Part shown: in pieces, positions 9,117-18,254 of the stretch
How positions within the stretch are numbered: position 1 is the first letter of the stretch
Layout: each line of letters begins with the position of its first letter
DNA from: an uncultured archaeon
GTDB lineage: Archaea; Thermoproteota; Nitrososphaeria; Nitrososphaerales; Gagatemarchaeaceae
DNA length: 64,000 nucleotides
Direction: 5' to 3'
Assembly: GCA_963799775.1 (NCBI GenBank)
Contig: CAWCYD010000002.1
Coordinates: 256,001-320,000 of the forward strand
Position numbers and translations under genes: made by a program
The notes under the pieces: generated by a model
What the model was told of the DNA's origin: nothing
What the model saw: only the letters and a program-made list of their open reading frames with translations
The model's database searches: none

Positions 9117-9280
9117 GTGGCGAGACAAAAGAACTGCAAGATATCAAGAGACTCCTCATATTGCTCTTGCAAGCCAACAAGGTCAAGCAACCTGAGATCG
9201 CGAAAGCATTGGGAATCACCGATAGGCAAGTCCGGCGACTGATTAATTCGAGGGAAAGGCCCAATGCCGAAGAAGATTGA
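9113..9280 (+). CDS. Small helix+HTH protein 4 (short type, 55 aa; not in ORF track)
   Basis: MSGETKELQDIKRLLILLLQANKVKQPEIAKALGITDRQVRRLINSRERPNAEED*; ATGA overlap with the previous stop. Confidence 0.8.
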   Translation: MSGETKELQDIKRLLILLLQANKVKQPEIAKALGITDRQVRRLINSRERPNAEED

Positions 9281-9488
9281 TTATCCGGAGCAGGAATTGA
9301 AGACAATCCAATTGCTTCTTGCTGGATTACTCCTCAAGGAGGAACCCCGTCCAGATGTTGGAAAGTTGGAGAATCTAATTCACGTTCGCAAGGGCACACT
9401 GTCAGAAATCTTTCCTCAACGAAAAGCCAAGAAGTCAACGAAGTCCTCGGCTCATTCAGCCACCGGAGGTGAATCAAACGCCAAGTGA
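9264..9488 (+). CDS. Small helix+HTH protein 5 (diverged short type)
   Basis: ELKTIQLLLAGLLL...DVGKLENLIHVRKGTLSEIFP; shares the ELxxIxxLL helix and terminal FP. Confidence 0.7.
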   Translation: MPKKIDYPEQELKTIQLLLAGLLLKEEPRPDVGKLENLIHVRKGTLSEIFPQRKAKKSTKSSAHSATGGESNAK

Positions 9489-9645
9489 CGAAATCAAGGA
9501 ACTGACTAGCATCAAGAAGTTGCTAATCCTTCAGCTCCTCAGAGACGGTGCCACTTCAGAGGACATAGACAAAGCCACGGGCATGGGTGCGAGCAATATT
9601 CGCGGAATGTTCCCCAAGGTCAAGAAGAAGAGCCTTACCGACTAA
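9469..9645 (+). CDS. Small helix+HTH protein 6 (short type; not in ORF track)
   Basis: PSDEIKELTSIKKLLILQLLRDGATSEDIDKATGMGASNIRGMFPKVKKKSLTD*; GGAGGTGA upstream; TAATG overlap with the next gene. Confidence 0.8.
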   Translation: MNQTPSDEIKELTSIKKLLILQLLRDGATSEDIDKATGMGASNIRGMFPKVKKKSLTD

Positions 9646-10538
9646 TGGCAATTCATGTCACTGACGTGCGTTCTAACCCAGAGGACCAGATCGCACACGC
9701 AGCCAAGATACTACAGAAATCTGAACAGGCAAGAAGGCTGTTCCGAGCCATATATCGTGGTAAGACCAAGATCAAGACAATTTCAGCCCTCGTAAAGGCA
9801 ACGGGCTTAAGTGACAAGAGAGTTCTAATCGTCGGAGCCAAACTCGTAGGAAACCGCATCATAGCAGTCAATGACAAAAAGGTCGAGGGACGTATTGCGT
9901 ATGTCAAAGATCCATTCTACAACCAGCATCGCCAAAAGATACTAAGACTGGCTGAGAACCGTATTTCCCTAAAGAAGTACCCTACGAAATACAATGTTCC
10001 ATTCGATTCGGTCCGTGTCGTTCTAGACTTTCAAAGGCAGTCAATTCAGGTGACCAGTATCAGCGTTGACGACATTGACTCTTTCGCTCTTGTCCGGACC
10101 ATCCATGACGCCCCCAAACCAGTCGCAATTTCCGAATTGGCTTTCAAGAATGGGGTGAAGGAAATCTTGGGAGAGCAGGGAGAATTTCAAGACTGGGGAG
10201 GTGAGCAAAACGACCTCTTCACCACACGCCTCTTCATTGGGCGGCGAAGATTAACTGCTGCGTTCGGATTCAAAGGAAAAGGAACAAGCGGGATTCTCAC
10301 CCCCAAGAAAATGGGGAAGAATGGCGACCAAATACAAAGATTGTTCAGATCTACTGCGACTGTTTTCCTCGTTCAATATTGGGGACAAGTAGGCCAAACA
10401 ATTGTCGAACAGATGCATTCCCTCGCGACAGCAAAATCGGCCTTCGGGGGAAGAAGAATCTACTATGGAATAATTGATGGCGCGGACACTCAGAGGCTAG
10501 TTTCGGCCTATGCGGTTAATTTTCGGAACCTAACTTAA
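9645..10538 (+). CDS. Two-domain protein: N-terminal wHTH plus C-terminal restriction-endonuclease-like (PD-(D/E)xK) domain
   Basis: N-terminus: RLFRAIY...KTISALVKATGLSDKRVL. C-terminus: ELAFK...DWGGEQNDLF...AFGFKG...GDQIQRL, an E/D/K/Q spacing typical of REase-fold nucleases (inference). Confidence 0.65.
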   Translation: MAIHVTDVRSNPEDQIAHAAKILQKSEQARRLFRAIYRGKTKIKTISALVKATGLSDKRVLIVGAKLVGNRIIAVNDKKVEGRIAYVKDPFYNQHRQKILRLAENRISLKKYPTKYNVPFDSVRVVLDFQRQSIQVTSISVDDIDSFALVRTIHDAPKPVAISELAFKNGVKEILGEQGEFQDWGGEQNDLFTTRLFIGRRRLTAAFGFKGKGTSGILTPKKMGKNGDQIQRLFRSTATVFLVQYWGQVGQTIVEQMHSLATAKSAFGGRRIYYGIIDGADTQRLVSAYAVNFRNLT

Positions 10539-10548
10539 CGCCTTATTT

Positions 10549-10571
10549 CCGAAGCGCCGAAGGCGCTTCGG
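10549..10571. terminator. Perfect 10-bp hairpin CCGAAGCGCC-GAA-GGCGCTTCGG between convergent genes
   Basis: Read directly from the sequence; function inferred from position. Confidence 0.5.
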
Positions 10572-10614
10572 GCGCCAACATATGGATTCTCTCCCGTCCC
10601 CTTTCAATTCCGCT

Positions 10615-12108
10615 TTACACGATGAGCAGGAAGGCCCATATTGGAACGATTACCGCACTACCGTCTTCTTTGAGTTCATTCTTGCTCAACAGTAGTCCTG
10701 GGTTTTTTGACCCTGTTGCTTTGCCGAAGTCGATAAGCCCGTACTTGTCATCGCGGCCAATCGAGTTCTGATATTTCACTTCCACGGGGAAGAAAGTCGA
10801 ACGGTCTTCTTTCATTACGAAGTCCACCTCTCGATCCTTCTTGCTCTTCCAGTAGAACAAGCAAGTCTTGTACTCGAATAGCTGCTTTTGCTTGCTAAGC
10901 AAGAACGAGAGACGCACGAGGTGGTTGGCAACAACCGATTCAAGCAAGCATCCAACATTCCGTTCTTCCTTCAAGTACTCAATCGATGAAGAGAAGGGTT
11001 CAACTCCTTTGCACCAGGCTCTCATTGAATGAAAGAAGAACGGATCGTCGAAGAAGATTTTCTTGTCCTTCTCGTAGGCAGGATTCTTCTGATTCAAATC
11101 GAGCCTATGAAGATACACCATGGCAAAGGTGTCAGTGATGTGTTCGATGTAATCTGCCGCTGTCGCGTGACTCGCAATGTCGGTATCTTTTCGCAGAGTG
11201 TTCCAGCCAACAGGATTTCCCATCGTATCAATAACTCGACTGACGATTTGTCTTACGTATGTCTCGCGCTTCCCCCATCTCTGCAAATCTCCCAAGACCG
11301 AATCGACATAGGTCTTGTAGACGCCTTCGACGATCTGGCCCTTTGTCTTGTACTCGTTTACCACTTTCGGAATTCCTCCCGTAATCAGATATTCCGACAG
11401 CAATAGCTGAAGTTCCTTCGAGTATAGTGCAATTTCCTTCATTTCTTCGATCTTACCTTCGAATAGTCCTTTGAAGATCTGCTTGCGCGTCTCCCAAAAT
11501 AACCGAAAAGGTCCAATCACTTCTTTGGCGAGCTTAGGATTGACGGATTCCACGTATTCGACAAACTTCATGGGTAGCATTATCTTGTCTAAGGAATCGT
11601 TGAGATTACCTCTCCTGCCTGGCAGCCTTTCTGAGTTGGTTTTCACGTCAATTGAATGTGATCCCGTCAACACGACCGTCGCGTTGTCTAGAACTCCCGT
11701 ATCCGCAAGGTGTTTTACGCCCCTTTGCCAGTCCTTGACTGAAGATATCTCGTCTAGGAAAAGATAGGCCCGCTCCTTCTTGTTCCGTATTGTGTCCGAA
11801 TAGTTGGAGACAATGCTAGCCAATTCCTTCGGGTTATCCACCAAATTACATGTGTAGTAGAATACATTCCTTGGATTAGACTCCTTTAGTCGTTCGGAGA
11901 TCATTGTCTTAACCAGCGTGGTTTTACCAACCTGTCGCGGGCCCCTTAGAGTGTAGACCGCATCTTTTTTCCAATCGAAGAAGTGCTTTACTCTCGGCTC
12001 CCATTTTATCGTGCTTTGCTTGAGATTAACAATGTCCTTGTCTGAATCTATAGCTGCTTTGTTTCTCCACCAGGGGTTCTGTCCTGCTAATTCAATTGGA
12101 AAGGACAT
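10615..12108 (-). CDS. AAA_14 + DUF4143 ATP-binding protein (COG1373-like)
   Basis: QNPWW, Walker A GPRQVGKT, Walker B LFLDEI, TGS, LPGR, TGGIP; C-terminal EVDFV..PVEVK. Confidence 0.9.
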   Translation of the reverse strand: MSFPIELAGQNPWWRNKAAIDSDKDIVNLKQSTIKWEPRVKHFFDWKKDAVYTLRGPRQVGKTTLVKTMISERLKESNPRNVFYYTCNLVDNPKELASIVSNYSDTIRNKKERAYLFLDEISSVKDWQRGVKHLADTGVLDNATVVLTGSHSIDVKTNSERLPGRRGNLNDSLDKIMLPMKFVEYVESVNPKLAKEVIGPFRLFWETRKQIFKGLFEGKIEEMKEIALYSKELQLLLSEYLITGGIPKVVNEYKTKGQIVEGVYKTYVDSVLGDLQRWGKRETYVRQIVSRVIDTMGNPVGWNTLRKDTDIASHATAADYIEHITDTFAMVYLHRLDLNQKNPAYEKDKKIFFDDPFFFHSMRAWCKGVEPFSSSIEYLKEERNVGCLLESVVANHLVRLSFLLSKQKQLFEYKTCLFYWKSKKDREVDFVMKEDRSTFFPVEVKYQNSIGRDDKYGLIDFGKATGSKNPGLLLSKNELKEDGSAVIVPIWAFLLIV

Positions 12109-12123
12109 GCCGTAAGAGTATTT

Positions 12124-12147
12124 ACATCTTATTTATAAATAAGATGT
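12124..12147. promoter_or_regulatory. Perfect 24-bp palindrome ACATCTTATTTATAAATAAGATGT centred on the ATPase gene TATA box
   Basis: Equal to its own reverse complement; lies 16-39 nt upstream of the ATG at 12108. Confidence 0.75.
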
Positions 12148-12421
12148 CAGTGCAATTACATCGCGCAATCAAGCTCCGGCAAATAACCACAAATGCTGGA
12201 TTTCGCCCGGGAATCCGAAATTATTCCAATCACACACACAACGTCATAGCCCCAAAAACCTGAATTCAAAATAGAAGTCCTAATACGTCACACGTTAACG
12301 ATGAGTTAACGGTTTATCAAGATCATTTTCAGGCTAATGCGGCCATCACCCACGTTCGGGCCCGCTCCCGGCCGAAGCCAAAAACCTATCTTCAAATGGT
12401 AGCAGTAAGCGATCTGACCGA

Positions 12422-12988
12422 TTGCCCGTGCGTTTCCTTCTTCGTGCGATTCCCAACGACACGGACCGCCAACGCTTCCTCTCGTCCGCAAAGGGCATCG
12501 CCAAGAATCTCGGCGCAAGGGTGACGCACCCAAGATGGACTTCCTATGGTGCCCTCGAGATTGACGTCTTCACTCCTTCGGTGCAGGATTTCGAGCTCTT
12601 CAGCGCGGCCATCGAGCCTCTGGCGAAGCTAGAGTTCACCAAGAACTTGGACGAGGCGCCCCCGTTCAAGGAAAAGGAGCAGACGATCCGAGAGGCGGTC
12701 GGCTACTTCAACTCCGAGAGATACTGGGAGTGCCACGAGGTGCTGGAATCCGTCTGGCGGGCTTCCGAGGGCCAGGAGAGGCTTCTGGTGCAGGCCATCA
12801 TCCTGCTCTGCGCCGCTCAGGTGCATGAGCAGCGAGGAGAGACGGATGTCGCTCTCAACATCTACAGGAGGGCCTTACCCCAACTCGCATGGGAGAAAGA
12901 GCGGTATTACGAGATAGACATCCCACATCTGCGCAGAGACGTGGAACTCGGCCTCAAGAGAGGCGTAGTCGCGCCCCTCCGCATCTAG
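12422..12988 (+). CDS. DUF309 domain protein
   Basis: FNSERYWECHEVLESVW...QAIILLCAAQVH motif. Confidence 0.85.
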   Translation: MPVRFLLRAIPNDTDRQRFLSSAKGIAKNLGARVTHPRWTSYGALEIDVFTPSVQDFELFSAAIEPLAKLEFTKNLDEAPPFKEKEQTIREAVGYFNSERYWECHEVLESVWRASEGQERLLVQAIILLCAAQVHEQRGETDVALNIYRRALPQLAWEKERYYEIDIPHLRRDVELGLKRGVVAPLRI

Positions 12989-12999
12989 CTCTTCGAGAA

Positions 13000-13404
13000 T
13001 CAGCCGAAGACCGGGAGGTTGAGCGGGCTGTCCTTCTCCGAGAGCGCCTTCGAGGGCCTCGAGGCAACCACGTCGACGACGAGTGTGATGGCCGAAAGTG
13101 CCACTGCCGTTGCCTGGTCCATGGCTGGGTAGTTTCCCCACAGGAGCGCGACGCGAGCGATCATGATCGCTGAAAGGATCGCACCGAGAATGAAGCTCTT
13201 TCTCACTCCCGCGATGGCGACCAGCGAGGCCAAGACAAGGATCGCACCCACGACGCCCAGCCAAGGGTCTGCGTTGTGGAGGCCGCTAGGCGGATGTAAA
13301 CACGGGGAACATGTCGGCGAGGGGGCCACGATGTAACTGACGTATGCGGCCCACAGTCCTGTGACCACCCCCAGCACCGACCCAGCCACCCGAATCGGAT
13401 TCAA
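13000..13404 (-). CDS. Small membrane protein
   Basis: Four hydrophobic segments. Confidence 0.65.
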   Translation of the reverse strand: MNPIRVAGSVLGVVTGLWAAYVSYIVAPSPTCSPCLHPPSGLHNADPWLGVVGAILVLASLVAIAGVRKSFILGAILSAIMIARVALLWGNYPAMDQATAVALSAITLVVDVVASRPSKALSEKDSPLNLPVFG

Positions 13405-13407
13405 GGG

Positions 13408-13843
13408 CTACTTCAGCATCCGGAGCTTGTAGAATCCCGCTTCGATGACCTTGTTGATGTGGTCCTTCACGAGGAACAGCCGGTGTATCGTCTCGCCGTC
13501 GTCAGGAGCGATGGTCCAGTCGTCCCTCACGAGGAACTCGTGCTGCGTCCCGTTCCTTGGGCATGTGTGCTTGATCGTCTTGCCGGGCTTGACCCCGAGG
13601 CTCAACATGTAGACCCCCTTTATGTCGGTGCAGGTGAGGATCCCCCACTGCTCGTCCTCCGGGACACTCCTCGAATCCCACGCTGGGCTTCAGGGGCTCG
13701 CCGTAGCGCTTGTCGTCGCAGAAGAGCTTCTTGCATCCCCTGCAGACCCAGACGTCAACCACTCCCTGGAGGTAGTTGTCCCTGTTCACGTTTACCATTC
13801 CCGCCAGGACTATCTCGTGTTTGTGTTGTGCCCCCGCGCTCAT
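13408..13843 (-). CDS. Cys/His-containing hypothetical protein (one frameshift)
   Basis: The 13502-13843 and 13408-13608 ORFs join (HKH..CRGC..C...CP...H); start overlaps the upstream stop. Confidence 0.6.
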
Positions 13844-14298
13844 CTCGAAACTCCACCCTTCCCCTTTCGACCTACCCTCGGACTGCCAGGATTTGTGCTC
13901 TTCGATTCGTCCGGGAGGACGGCCAGCAGCTCAAGGGTGAGCTTGTCGACCTGCAACCTCTTCTCTTTCCTCTGTCTTATCGCCCTCTCCTCGTAGGCCC
14001 TGAAGAGATTCGAGAGAGCCATCCTCGGATGGACGGGCAGGTAGGAACTTCCGGAGGAGTCGACGATGAACATCCCGCGGGCGGCGAGCGACTTGGCCGA
14101 GGCCAGGGTCTGCGCGTTCATGGGGGTCACCCGCCCAGAACTCAGGGCCTCCACATACACCGTTGATTCCTCGACAGGGATCTCCAGAACCTCGTGGATC
14201 GCGGAGATCACGTCGCGGACGTCCCTAGGCACGACCAAGGGCCCGGGAGCAGCCGTTAAAAATCGTGACAACCATTCATCAAATTCCAGTCCTTTCAC
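13840..14298 (-). CDS. TrmB-like winged-helix protein
   Basis: ESTVYVEAL...AKSLAARGMF...YLPVHP followed by a coiled coil. Confidence 0.55.
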   Translation of the reverse strand: MKGLEFDEWLSRFLTAAPGPLVVPRDVRDVISAIHEVLEIPVEESTVYVEALSSGRVTPMNAQTLASAKSLAARGMFIVDSSGSSYLPVHPRMALSNLFRAYEERAIRQRKEKRLQVDKLTLELLAVLPDESKSTNPGSPRVGRKGKGGVSR

Positions 14299-14370
14299 CT
14301 GTTAGATACTGAAACTTTTGCAGGAATTCACTTCCAGGAACCCACCCGTTATAGGCGCTCGGACAGATAC

Positions 14371-17001
14371 ATGAGGCGTAATAGAATGAAATCAGGACAC
14401 TCCCGGCTGGATTCGGTTGCAATATTTGCAATATTGTTCCTCCTGGGTTTTGGCTTTGTAATTTATGCAGTCCCGGCCAACGCACTGCCGCCGGTCGCAG
14501 AGACCTCCTCTTCTCCGCCGACGAACGCGCAAGGCAACAGCGTCTACTACCGCCTAGAGTCGACATCGACGTCGGCTGGCGCGAACGCAAGCGGCTACGC
14601 AGGGATCGCGGTCAACGGACTGACGATGAACCTTGAGTGGTCGATAACAGGGGGCACCCCCGGAGAGGAGCTGACGATGGTGATGCAGGCGGTCGGCTCC
14701 ACGGGAGCGAGCAAGTCGTTCACCTTCGCGACCGTCACCGTCAGCTCGCAGGGGACGGCCGGAGCCGCTGATACGGCGACCCTTGACGCGGGCACCTATG
14801 CCGTAGGGCTGAAGGTGACCGACCCGACGACGACAAACACCAGAGTCATATTCACGAGCGACCCCTCGACAGCCCAGGTCACGCTGGCCGCGCAGTCGAC
14901 GGTCCAGACCTCCACGGCGTCGAGCAACGGGCTCAGCTACACCCTGGACCCGCTTCCAGTCTATCTCCATCAGGCGGTCACGACAGACTATCCCTTCAAG
15001 GAAGGCGGGGCGCTGATAGTCGTCTCTGGCGACACGCTGCAGGTCACGACCAGCTTTCTTGGGACCGCTAGCGCGGTCTTCACGAACGTCGTCCAGACGG
15101 CGAGCGCCAATCTCACAGTGGGAACGGTGGTCACGACCTCCACCGGAGGCGGCGTCTTCAAGGGTAACATCACACTCACTCCAGGGACGTATCAGATCGG
15201 GTTGCTTCTCTTTGCGAACGGTCAAACCGCCTCTCCCGTCGCCGTGAGCGTCCCGAGAGCAATCCAAGTGACCTTGGCACCGCTCGGTTCTTCTTCCAGC
15301 ACGACGACCACGCACTCCTCGACAACGACGACGAGCTCCTCGACCTCGTCTTCCACGGCGACCACACACACCTCGACAACCACGGCGAGCTCCTCAACTT
15401 CGTCAAGTTCGTCCTCGACGACGCACAGCTCCACCTCGACCACCCACGTCTCCTCCAGCACAAGCAGCTCGACCACCCACACGTCGGAGAGCTCCTCGAC
15501 GACCACCAGGACGAGCACTTCGTCTGCGACGAGCACGACGTCCGCGCCGCCTGAAGTCACAACAGGACACGTGGACTTTGGACAGGTCACGAGCGAGGAG
15601 GCTTCGAGCGACTACCTGTACGGGACGGGCGGCGGAGGCTACTCCGTGACGGGCGGGAGCATCTACTTCAGCCTCGCGTTCACGGGCGAGAGCCCGAGCT
15701 CGATCTATCAGCTGGTCCTTTCAGTCAACGGGAGCGCGAGGACCATCGGGACCTACGTGACCAACGCCAACGGCGGCGGCAGCTTCGTGGCGAGCACCTT
15801 CCTGGGGACCGGGAGGTTCGTCCTCAGCATGACGGTGACCGACGACTCGAGCTTCAACCAGCCCACCGTGGTCCTGCAGAGCGACCCCACGACCTTCACG
15901 GTCAACGCCTACAGCGGCTCGACGACGACTACTGAGACGACCTCCCCGGCAGCCATCGAGACGCCGAAGGGGCCCCAGTGGACGTTCAAGCTCTCGCCTT
16001 CGACGATCGTGAACGTGCCGAGCGGGTACAAGTTCGCTTCCTCGGGGACTGTCGTCGTGTCGCTGGAGACCCAGTATTCTATCCTCGACGTGGAGATAGG
16101 GTTCGAAGACGCGAACCCGTCAACCACCTACAACGCGGCCCTGATACTCAACGGGACCAGCGAGAACCTTGGCACGATGACGACGAGCAAGTCAGGCGGC
16201 GCCCTGCTCCATTCGAGCATCCAGGTCACCCCGGGCAGGTATCTCCTCGGCATCGAGGTCTTCGACGTCTCTGACATCCCGGAGTTCAACGCGAACGGCC
16301 CGGTCCTCGTGATGGTTAGCAGCCCCAACACCGAGCTCGCAGTGATCGTCCCGCCGAACGGCGAGTCCTCCTCGACCTCCACCTCGGCATCGACGTCTGG
16401 CGGCAACTCGTCTTCGACCTCCACGACCACCGTCACCAGGGTCGCGACCACCATCAGCGCGGGGACGCAGGTCCAGGACCAGATCAGGAGCGCTGTGAGC
16501 AACCTGACCATCCCGGCGACGATCCAGGTGACTCCCCTCTCGAGCTCGACCGACGTCCTCGACTCGAGGTTCTCCCTCTCGGTGGGTCAGCAGGCCGGGA
16601 ACGGTCTGGTTATAGCGATCTCAGGTCAGAACGTGACCGGCCCGCGTGTCTTGCTCATCAACATGAGCCGCACGTCGCCCTTGGCGCTGTACCCCGCCCT
16701 CAACGTGACCCTGGACGGCCAGCCGGTGGTCGAGGCCACCTCCGCGCTCCAGGTGCTCAACCCCGTGGCGACGAACCCGCCGATGTATGTGCTCGTCGCG
16801 ACCTCGGACTCGATCCAGCTTCTCGTCTCGATTCCCCACTTCTCTCTCCACCTGATCCAGGTGGCTGGCGAGATCGTCCACACTGTCGTTTCGACGCTCG
16901 CCCTGGACGCCCCGATACTGGTCGGCTCCATCATCGTGATCACCCTCGCGTTCGCCGGCGCCTACGCGGCAAGGAAGAGGTACTTCTCAGTCCTGCTATG
17001 A
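14371..17001 (+). CDS. Large cell-surface protein with repeated beta-rich modules, Ser/Thr linkers and a C-terminal TM anchor
   Basis: Signal peptide; about four repeated modules (GT..T...GGG...L.PG.Y.LG); terminal TM helix followed by RKR. Confidence 0.8.
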   Translation: MRRNRMKSGHSRLDSVAIFAILFLLGFGFVIYAVPANALPPVAETSSSPPTNAQGNSVYYRLESTSTSAGANASGYAGIAVNGLTMNLEWSITGGTPGEELTMVMQAVGSTGASKSFTFATVTVSSQGTAGAADTATLDAGTYAVGLKVTDPTTTNTRVIFTSDPSTAQVTLAAQSTVQTSTASSNGLSYTLDPLPVYLHQAVTTDYPFKEGGALIVVSGDTLQVTTSFLGTASAVFTNVVQTASANLTVGTVVTTSTGGGVFKGNITLTPGTYQIGLLLFANGQTASPVAVSVPRAIQVTLAPLGSSSSTTTTHSSTTTTSSSTSSSTATTHTSTTTASSSTSSSSSSTTHSSTSTTHVSSSTSSSTTHTSESSSTTTRTSTSSATSTTSAPPEVTTGHVDFGQVTSEEASSDYLYGTGGGGYSVTGGSIYFSLAFTGESPSSIYQLVLSVNGSARTIGTYVTNANGGGSFVASTFLGTGRFVLSMTVTDDSSFNQPTVVLQSDPTTFTVNAYSGSTTTTETTSPAAIETPKGPQWTFKLSPSTIVNVPSGYKFASSGTVVVSLETQYSILDVEIGFEDANPSTTYNAALILNGTSENLGTMTTSKSGGALLHSSIQVTPGRYLLGIEVFDVSDIPEFNANGPVLVMVSSPNTELAVIVPPNGESSSTSTSASTSGGNSSSTSTTTVTRVATTISAGTQVQDQIRSAVSNLTIPATIQVTPLSSSTDVLDSRFSLSVGQQAGNGLVIAISGQNVTGPRVLLINMSRTSPLALYPALNVTLDGQPVVEATSALQVLNPVATNPPMYVLVATSDSIQLLVSIPHFSLHLIQVAGEIVHTVVSTLALDAPILVGSIIVITLAFAGAYAARKRYFSVLL

Positions 17002-17026
17002 TTCGAGAGATGGAGAGCGAGCCAAG

Positions 17027-17311
17027 ATGCAACAATACCGAAACAGACTCAAGATAATTTCGGACGTCCTCTCGGTTGCTCTGATGTCGGGGCAGGAGGG
17101 GGGCGCCAGCACCTCGATCCTGATGAGGCGCTCCAACCTCTCTTATAGGGGCCTGGAACAGCTGCTCAAACAGCTTCTATCTGCGGGTCTCATGTTGGCG
17201 AAGCAGGAGGAGAGGGGGATCCGGTATGTCGTCAGCGAGAAGGGCTGCGAGTATCTCGCGCACTATCGCCAGTTCGAGACGTTCGCCGACTCTTATGGTC
17301 TGCACCTCTAG
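17027..17311 (+). CDS. Archaeal wHTH regulator (COG3432-like)
   Basis: YRNRLKIISDVL...LMRRSNLSY...Y.VSEKG.EYL. Confidence 0.8.
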   Translation: MQQYRNRLKIISDVLSVALMSGQEGGASTSILMRRSNLSYRGLEQLLKQLLSAGLMLAKQEERGIRYVVSEKGCEYLAHYRQFETFADSYGLHL

Positions 17312-17384
17312 CCTCGACATCCGCGGCGAAGATAGACCACAACTCCTCATTCTTTTTAACAAAGATGATAGCAAGTTGCAACAA

Positions 17385-18251
17385 TTGAGCGAGGAGGGGT
17401 TAGATTCAGCGAAGATAGTGCGGATAGTCAACCACCCGGTCCGCATGAGAATCATCGAGCTCCTCGCTGTGAAGCCGATGTCGTGGAAAGAGCTCTCAGG
17501 CGAGCTCGGGATCAAGACCGGCTCTCTCTATCACCACCTGGACACCCTGGAGAGGATTGTCACGAGGGACTCGGAGCGGAGGTATACGCTCACGAAGCTG
17601 GGGAGGGAGATATCCGCCCAGCTCAGCGACGAGAAGAAGACGCCTGCCCAGTCGATGCAGGGCATCGAGAAGGCGATGAAGAAACGGACCTCGGCGGGCA
17701 TGCTGCGAGAGGTCTTCGTGCCGAGGAGCCTCATCGAGCCGCTCACGTCGACGCGCTCCAGAGGAATCGCCAGCCTCGCCGGGTTGTCTGTCTTGGCGGT
17801 CGCGCTGCTGATCGTCTCGGGTGACGAGCTCGTCCTCTTCTCCTTCTCCCCCACAGGAAACATTATGCTCTCGGTGGCGACCTACGCCGCCAGTCTCGTC
17901 GCCCTCACCGCGGTCAGCTACGTCGCCCTCGCCGTCGCGTTCAAGGAGCGCTCGGACGTCATAACCCTCCTCACGTCCACGGCTCTCTCATTCATCCCGC
18001 TGCTTCTCTTCGGCGCCCTCCTTCACTTCGCCGGCGCCTCTCCAGCCTCGGCCTTTCCGCTCTCGCTCCTCGCAGACAGCGCCGCCGTGACAGTCGTCTT
18101 CGCATTCTTCCAGGCGTGGGGCGCAGGCGTGGTCGGCGCCGGGATGAGCGTCGCTTCTGGGCTCAGGGTCGAGAAGACGCTCGTAGTGAGCCTAGTCGTG
18201 CTCTACGCGACGATGCTGATAGTCCTCCTCCAGGGAGGCCGGCTCGCGTGA
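17385..18251 (+). CDS. ArsR-type wHTH fused to a multi-TM domain
   Basis: NHPVRMRIIELL...GSLYHHLDTL...YTLTKLG then several TM helices; TTG start about 25 nt after TTTTTAA. Confidence 0.8.
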   Translation: MSEEGLDSAKIVRIVNHPVRMRIIELLAVKPMSWKELSGELGIKTGSLYHHLDTLERIVTRDSERRYTLTKLGREISAQLSDEKKTPAQSMQGIEKAMKKRTSAGMLREVFVPRSLIEPLTSTRSRGIASLAGLSVLAVALLIVSGDELVLFSFSPTGNIMLSVATYAASLVALTAVSYVALAVAFKERSDVITLLTSTALSFIPLLLFGALLHFAGASPASAFPLSLLADSAAVTVVFAFFQAWGAGVVGAGMSVASGLRVEKTLVVSLVVLYATMLIVLLQGGRLA

Positions 18252-18254
18252 GCA

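Larger units (their letters stand above)
7560..12400. mobile_element. AT-richer genomic island (putative defence/conflict island); no integrase seen; boundaries approximate
   Basis: Visible drop in GC and change in codon usage versus the flanks; content is HTH paralogs, TIR-like, nuclease-like and AAA_14 genes. Confidence 0.65.

Noticed and set aside
10532-10615. Integron attC site after the nuclease-like gene (ACTTAAC at the stop plus a hairpin)
   Set aside because: No matching GTTRRRY core site downstream and no similar sites after the other island genes.
12350-12378. Degenerate tRNA 3' end (attachment-site remnant) at the right edge of the island
   Set aside because: GTTCGGGCCCGCTCCCGGCC is only loosely T-arm-like, the stem does not pair, and it does not match the tRNA-Gly in the window.
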